From contig JBKHJL010000024.1 in the NCBI GenBank assembly GCA_046538155.1, positions 1 to 18,058 of the forward strand: a stretch of 18,058 nt of DNA, read 5' to 3'. A model generated the notes under the pieces. It did no database searches and had not been told where the DNA came from. It was given only the letters and a program-made list of their open reading frames with translations. This DNA is from Candidatus Micrarchaeia archaeon. Lineage in GTDB: Archaea; Micrarchaeota; Micrarchaeia; Anstonellales; Bilamarchaeaceae. Position 1 is the first letter of the stretch. Every line of letters begins with the position of its first letter. Below are positions 15,866 to 18,058 of this stretch, piece by piece. The translations under genes were made by a program, and so were the position numbers.

Positions 15866-17002
15866 CTATTCCACTTCCCCCATTTCTCCCATGCTTTCCA
15901 GAATAAGCTTTTCTCCCTCTATTTCCCCATAATATTTTTCCACCATTTCCTTTTTTGCTTTTGTAACGGGACTCTTTACTGCCACAAGCGAGCAACAGTC
16001 CCTGTACTCCTTTATGCTTTCTCCGTATGTTCCCATCCGCTCCGCAACATCCACAATTTCCATTTTGTCCATGGAAATCAGTGGCCTGAATACCGGCAGT
16101 TCCAGCCCGTGCTGTGCTGCTGCAATGTTCTCCAGGGTCTGGCTTGCAACCTGCCCAAGGGAGTCCCCGCTCACAATTCCCATATATCCCTTTTCCAGCG
16201 CCAGCTTTTCAGCAAGCTTGTAAAGATATCTCCTGAACACGACCAGTTCATACTTTCTTTCTACTTCTCCTGTCCTTGAATAAAACCCGGCATATGGGGC
16301 CACGAGCAGTTTCCCCTTTCTCTGCTGGTAGGAATCCAGCTTCCGCACGAGTTTCTCAATCTTACTTCCCCTTACTTCTGAGTTTTTCTCAAAAGGGTGG
16401 ACGTGCAGGAAATCCACCTCACATCCTCTTTTCATCATCATGAGTGCAGCCACAGGCGAGTCTATTCCCCCGCTCATCAGGCAGAGCACTTTCCCGGCAG
16501 CCCCGACCGGGAGCCCTCTTGCTCCCTGTACCTTGGCAAAATACACAAATGCCTTTTTCTGCAGCACCAGTATACACACCGTTGCCCCAGGGTTGTCCAG
16601 GTCCACCCCTGCCCCTGTTTTCTCCTGTATTCTCCCCCCAATTTCTCGGCTCAGCTCCATGGACTTCATCGGGAAGTTCTTGTCGCTCCTCCTTGTTTTT
16701 ACTGCAAAGGTTTTTCCTTCCACCCTCTGGAGGTTCTTCTTTATGCACTCCCAGACTGATTCCAGTTCAGGCCTGCATTCTTCCGCAATTGCAAACCACT
16801 CAATCCCGAATACTTTCCCCAGCTTCTCTTTCACACTCTTTTCTGTGAGCTCTCCCTCTACAATAATCCGCTTTTGCTCTATTCTGACATCCGGCTTTTC
16901 CGGAAGCAGTGCTTTCCGTACGTTGGACGCAAGCTTTTCCTCAAAGTGCCTCCTGTTCTTCCCTTTTAGCCCGATTTCCCCATAGTGTATAATCGCAATC
17001 AT
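15866..17002 (-). CDS. thiI: tRNA s4U8 sulfurtransferase ThiI (THUMP + PP-loop, no rhodanese domain)
   Basis: HYGEIGLKGKNR, THUMP TFAVKTRRSDK, GLPVG..GKVLCLMSGGIDSPVAA, GDSLGQVASQTLEN, FRPLI.MDK.EI and DCC. 378 aa. Confidence 0.96.
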   Translation of the reverse strand: MIAIIHYGEIGLKGKNRRHFEEKLASNVRKALLPEKPDVRIEQKRIIVEGELTEKSVKEKLGKVFGIEWFAIAEECRPELESVWECIKKNLQRVEGKTFAVKTRRSDKNFPMKSMELSREIGGRIQEKTGAGVDLDNPGATVCILVLQKKAFVYFAKVQGARGLPVGAAGKVLCLMSGGIDSPVAALMMMKRGCEVDFLHVHPFEKNSEVRGSKIEKLVRKLDSYQQRKGKLLVAPYAGFYSRTGEVERKYELVVFRRYLYKLAEKLALEKGYMGIVSGDSLGQVASQTLENIAAAQHGLELPVFRPLISMDKMEIVDVAERMGTYGESIKEYRDCCSLVAVKSPVTKAKKEMVEKYYGEIEGEKLILESMGEMGEVE

Positions 17003-17024
17003 GCACTAAAGAATGAGAAGAAAG

Positions 17025-17032
17025 AGTAAAAA
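17025..17032 (-). promoter_or_regulatory. Weak TATA-like element upstream of thiI; may double as the arcC T-rich terminator
   Basis: Minus-strand TTTTTACT lies 23-30 nt upstream of the ATG at 17002. No SD motif is present. Confidence 0.35.
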
Positions 17033-17062
17033 GGTAAGCGGCGCCCCAGAGAAAAACCCATT

Positions 17063-17956
17063 TCATGCGGTTATCTCAGTCCCTGCATTTCCTTCAATTG
17101 CATCTTCAATATCTGCAAGCGAGCAGATTACTGCCCTTCCCCCTGTGCTTTCCACAAAGTCAATGCACGCCTCTATCTTAGGCTTCATGCTTCCCTCCGC
17201 AAAATGCCCTTCTCCCATAAGTTCCCGTGCTTCGGAAACAGAAACTCTGTCCAGCCCGCGCTGGCTCTCTTCCCCAAGGTTCAGGTAAACCTTGTCTATG
17301 GAGGTGGCAATTACCAGCATGTTCGCTCCGATTTTCTTCCCAATCAGCGCGCTTGCCCGGTCCTTGTCTATTACTGCATCCAGCCCCGAGAGCGTTTCTC
17401 CACTCCTGAATACAGGTATTCCTCCGCCCCCTGCCGCAATTACTACTACTCCTGCATCCAGCAGGCTCGTTATCGCCTTTATTTCCACAATTTCCTGCGG
17501 GATGGGGGATGGAACCACTTTTCTCCAGCCCCTTCCTGCATCCATTATCATGCCTTCTTCCAGTTTTTCTTCATAAAATGGCCCCACGGGCTTGGATGGG
17601 TTCCTGAATCCCGGGTCATCCTTGTCCACAACTATCTGGGTAATTATTGTAGCAACGGTGCGGTGGCTGACTCTTTCAAGTTCGCTCTGTATAAAATAGC
17701 CCAGCTCCCCCTGGCTCATTGCCCCGCACACATCCATGGGCATTGCCGCGACTTCCCCCTTTGCCCGCTCCTGCTGGATAATGAGGTTCCCTACCTGCGG
17801 CCCGTTCCCGTGGGTGATTACCATCCGGTTGCCCCCCTCCATGATTTTTGTTATTGCCTTACAGGTTTTTGCAATGTTTTTCCTCTGCTCCTCCGCCGTT
17901 CCCTTCTGCCCTTTTGCGAGCAGTGAGTTTCCTCCGAGTGCCAGAACAATCTTCAT
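17063..17956 (-). CDS. arcC: Carbamate kinase
   Basis: 297 aa with LALGGN, ITHGNGPQVG, CGAMSQG.LGY, PSKPVGPFY, GWRKVVPSP.P, GGGGIPV, AVIDKD and GSMKPKIEA. Confidence 0.96.
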   Translation of the reverse strand: MKIVLALGGNSLLAKGQKGTAEEQRKNIAKTCKAITKIMEGGNRMVITHGNGPQVGNLIIQQERAKGEVAAMPMDVCGAMSQGELGYFIQSELERVSHRTVATIITQIVVDKDDPGFRNPSKPVGPFYEEKLEEGMIMDAGRGWRKVVPSPIPQEIVEIKAITSLLDAGVVVIAAGGGGIPVFRSGETLSGLDAVIDKDRASALIGKKIGANMLVIATSIDKVYLNLGEESQRGLDRVSVSEARELMGEGHFAEGSMKPKIEACIDFVESTGGRAVICSLADIEDAIEGNAGTEITA

Positions 17957-17976
17957 GCCTGGAATTTGTCTCTCAC

Positions 17977-17984
17977 AATTAAAA
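17977..17984 (-). promoter_or_regulatory. Possible TATA box for leaderless arcC
   Basis: Minus-strand TTTTAATT lies 21-28 nt upstream of the ATG at 17956. A competing reading as the tail of an upstream ORF is given in findings. Confidence 0.35.
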
Positions 17985-18058
17985 CGGTTGCTTTTCCGAA
18001 AACTTGTTTTTTTATTGTCTTCGGTCCATATTTATAGACACATATCCCAAAAAGTGAT

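Noticed and set aside
1..18058. CRISPR arrays, IS elements, integrases, defence systems, rRNA
   Set aside because: No regularly spaced repeats, terminal inverted repeats or mobile/defence protein motifs were seen. All intergenic gaps are under about 125 nt.

Overview
An 18 kb, gene-dense archaeal housekeeping region. Archaeal origin is shown by rpl15e, dph2, an Rpp30-like gene, an A1Ao-type ATP synthase operon, TATA boxes about 25 nt upstream of start codons, and GGTGA ribosome-binding sites. Compact spacing and trimmed Dph2, Rpp30 and eL15 suggest a DPANN lineage, possibly Micrarchaeota; this is inference only. Plus-strand order: 3' end of a probable FNR-family oxidoreductase, a helical-repeat (TPR/alpha-SNAP-like) hypothetical, PEP synthase (ppsA), dph2, purC. 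These converge on minus-strand rpl15e and rnp3. Divergent from rpl15e is a complete atp operon (H-I-K-E-C-F-A-B-D) with a PUA-domain gene coupled to its end, converging on minus-strand arcC, thiI, a DUF134 gene and a Nudix-fold gene. I saw no rRNA, tRNA, CRISPR array, mobile element or intein, and no clearly new multi-gene system. The best leads are a structured ~50 nt leader upstream of rpl15e that can pair into its own Shine-Dalgarno site next to a possibly bidirectional TATA box, a degenerate basic Nudix protein behind a DUF134 protein with an Arg/Gly tail, the SNAP-like repeat protein, and a minimal Rpp30.
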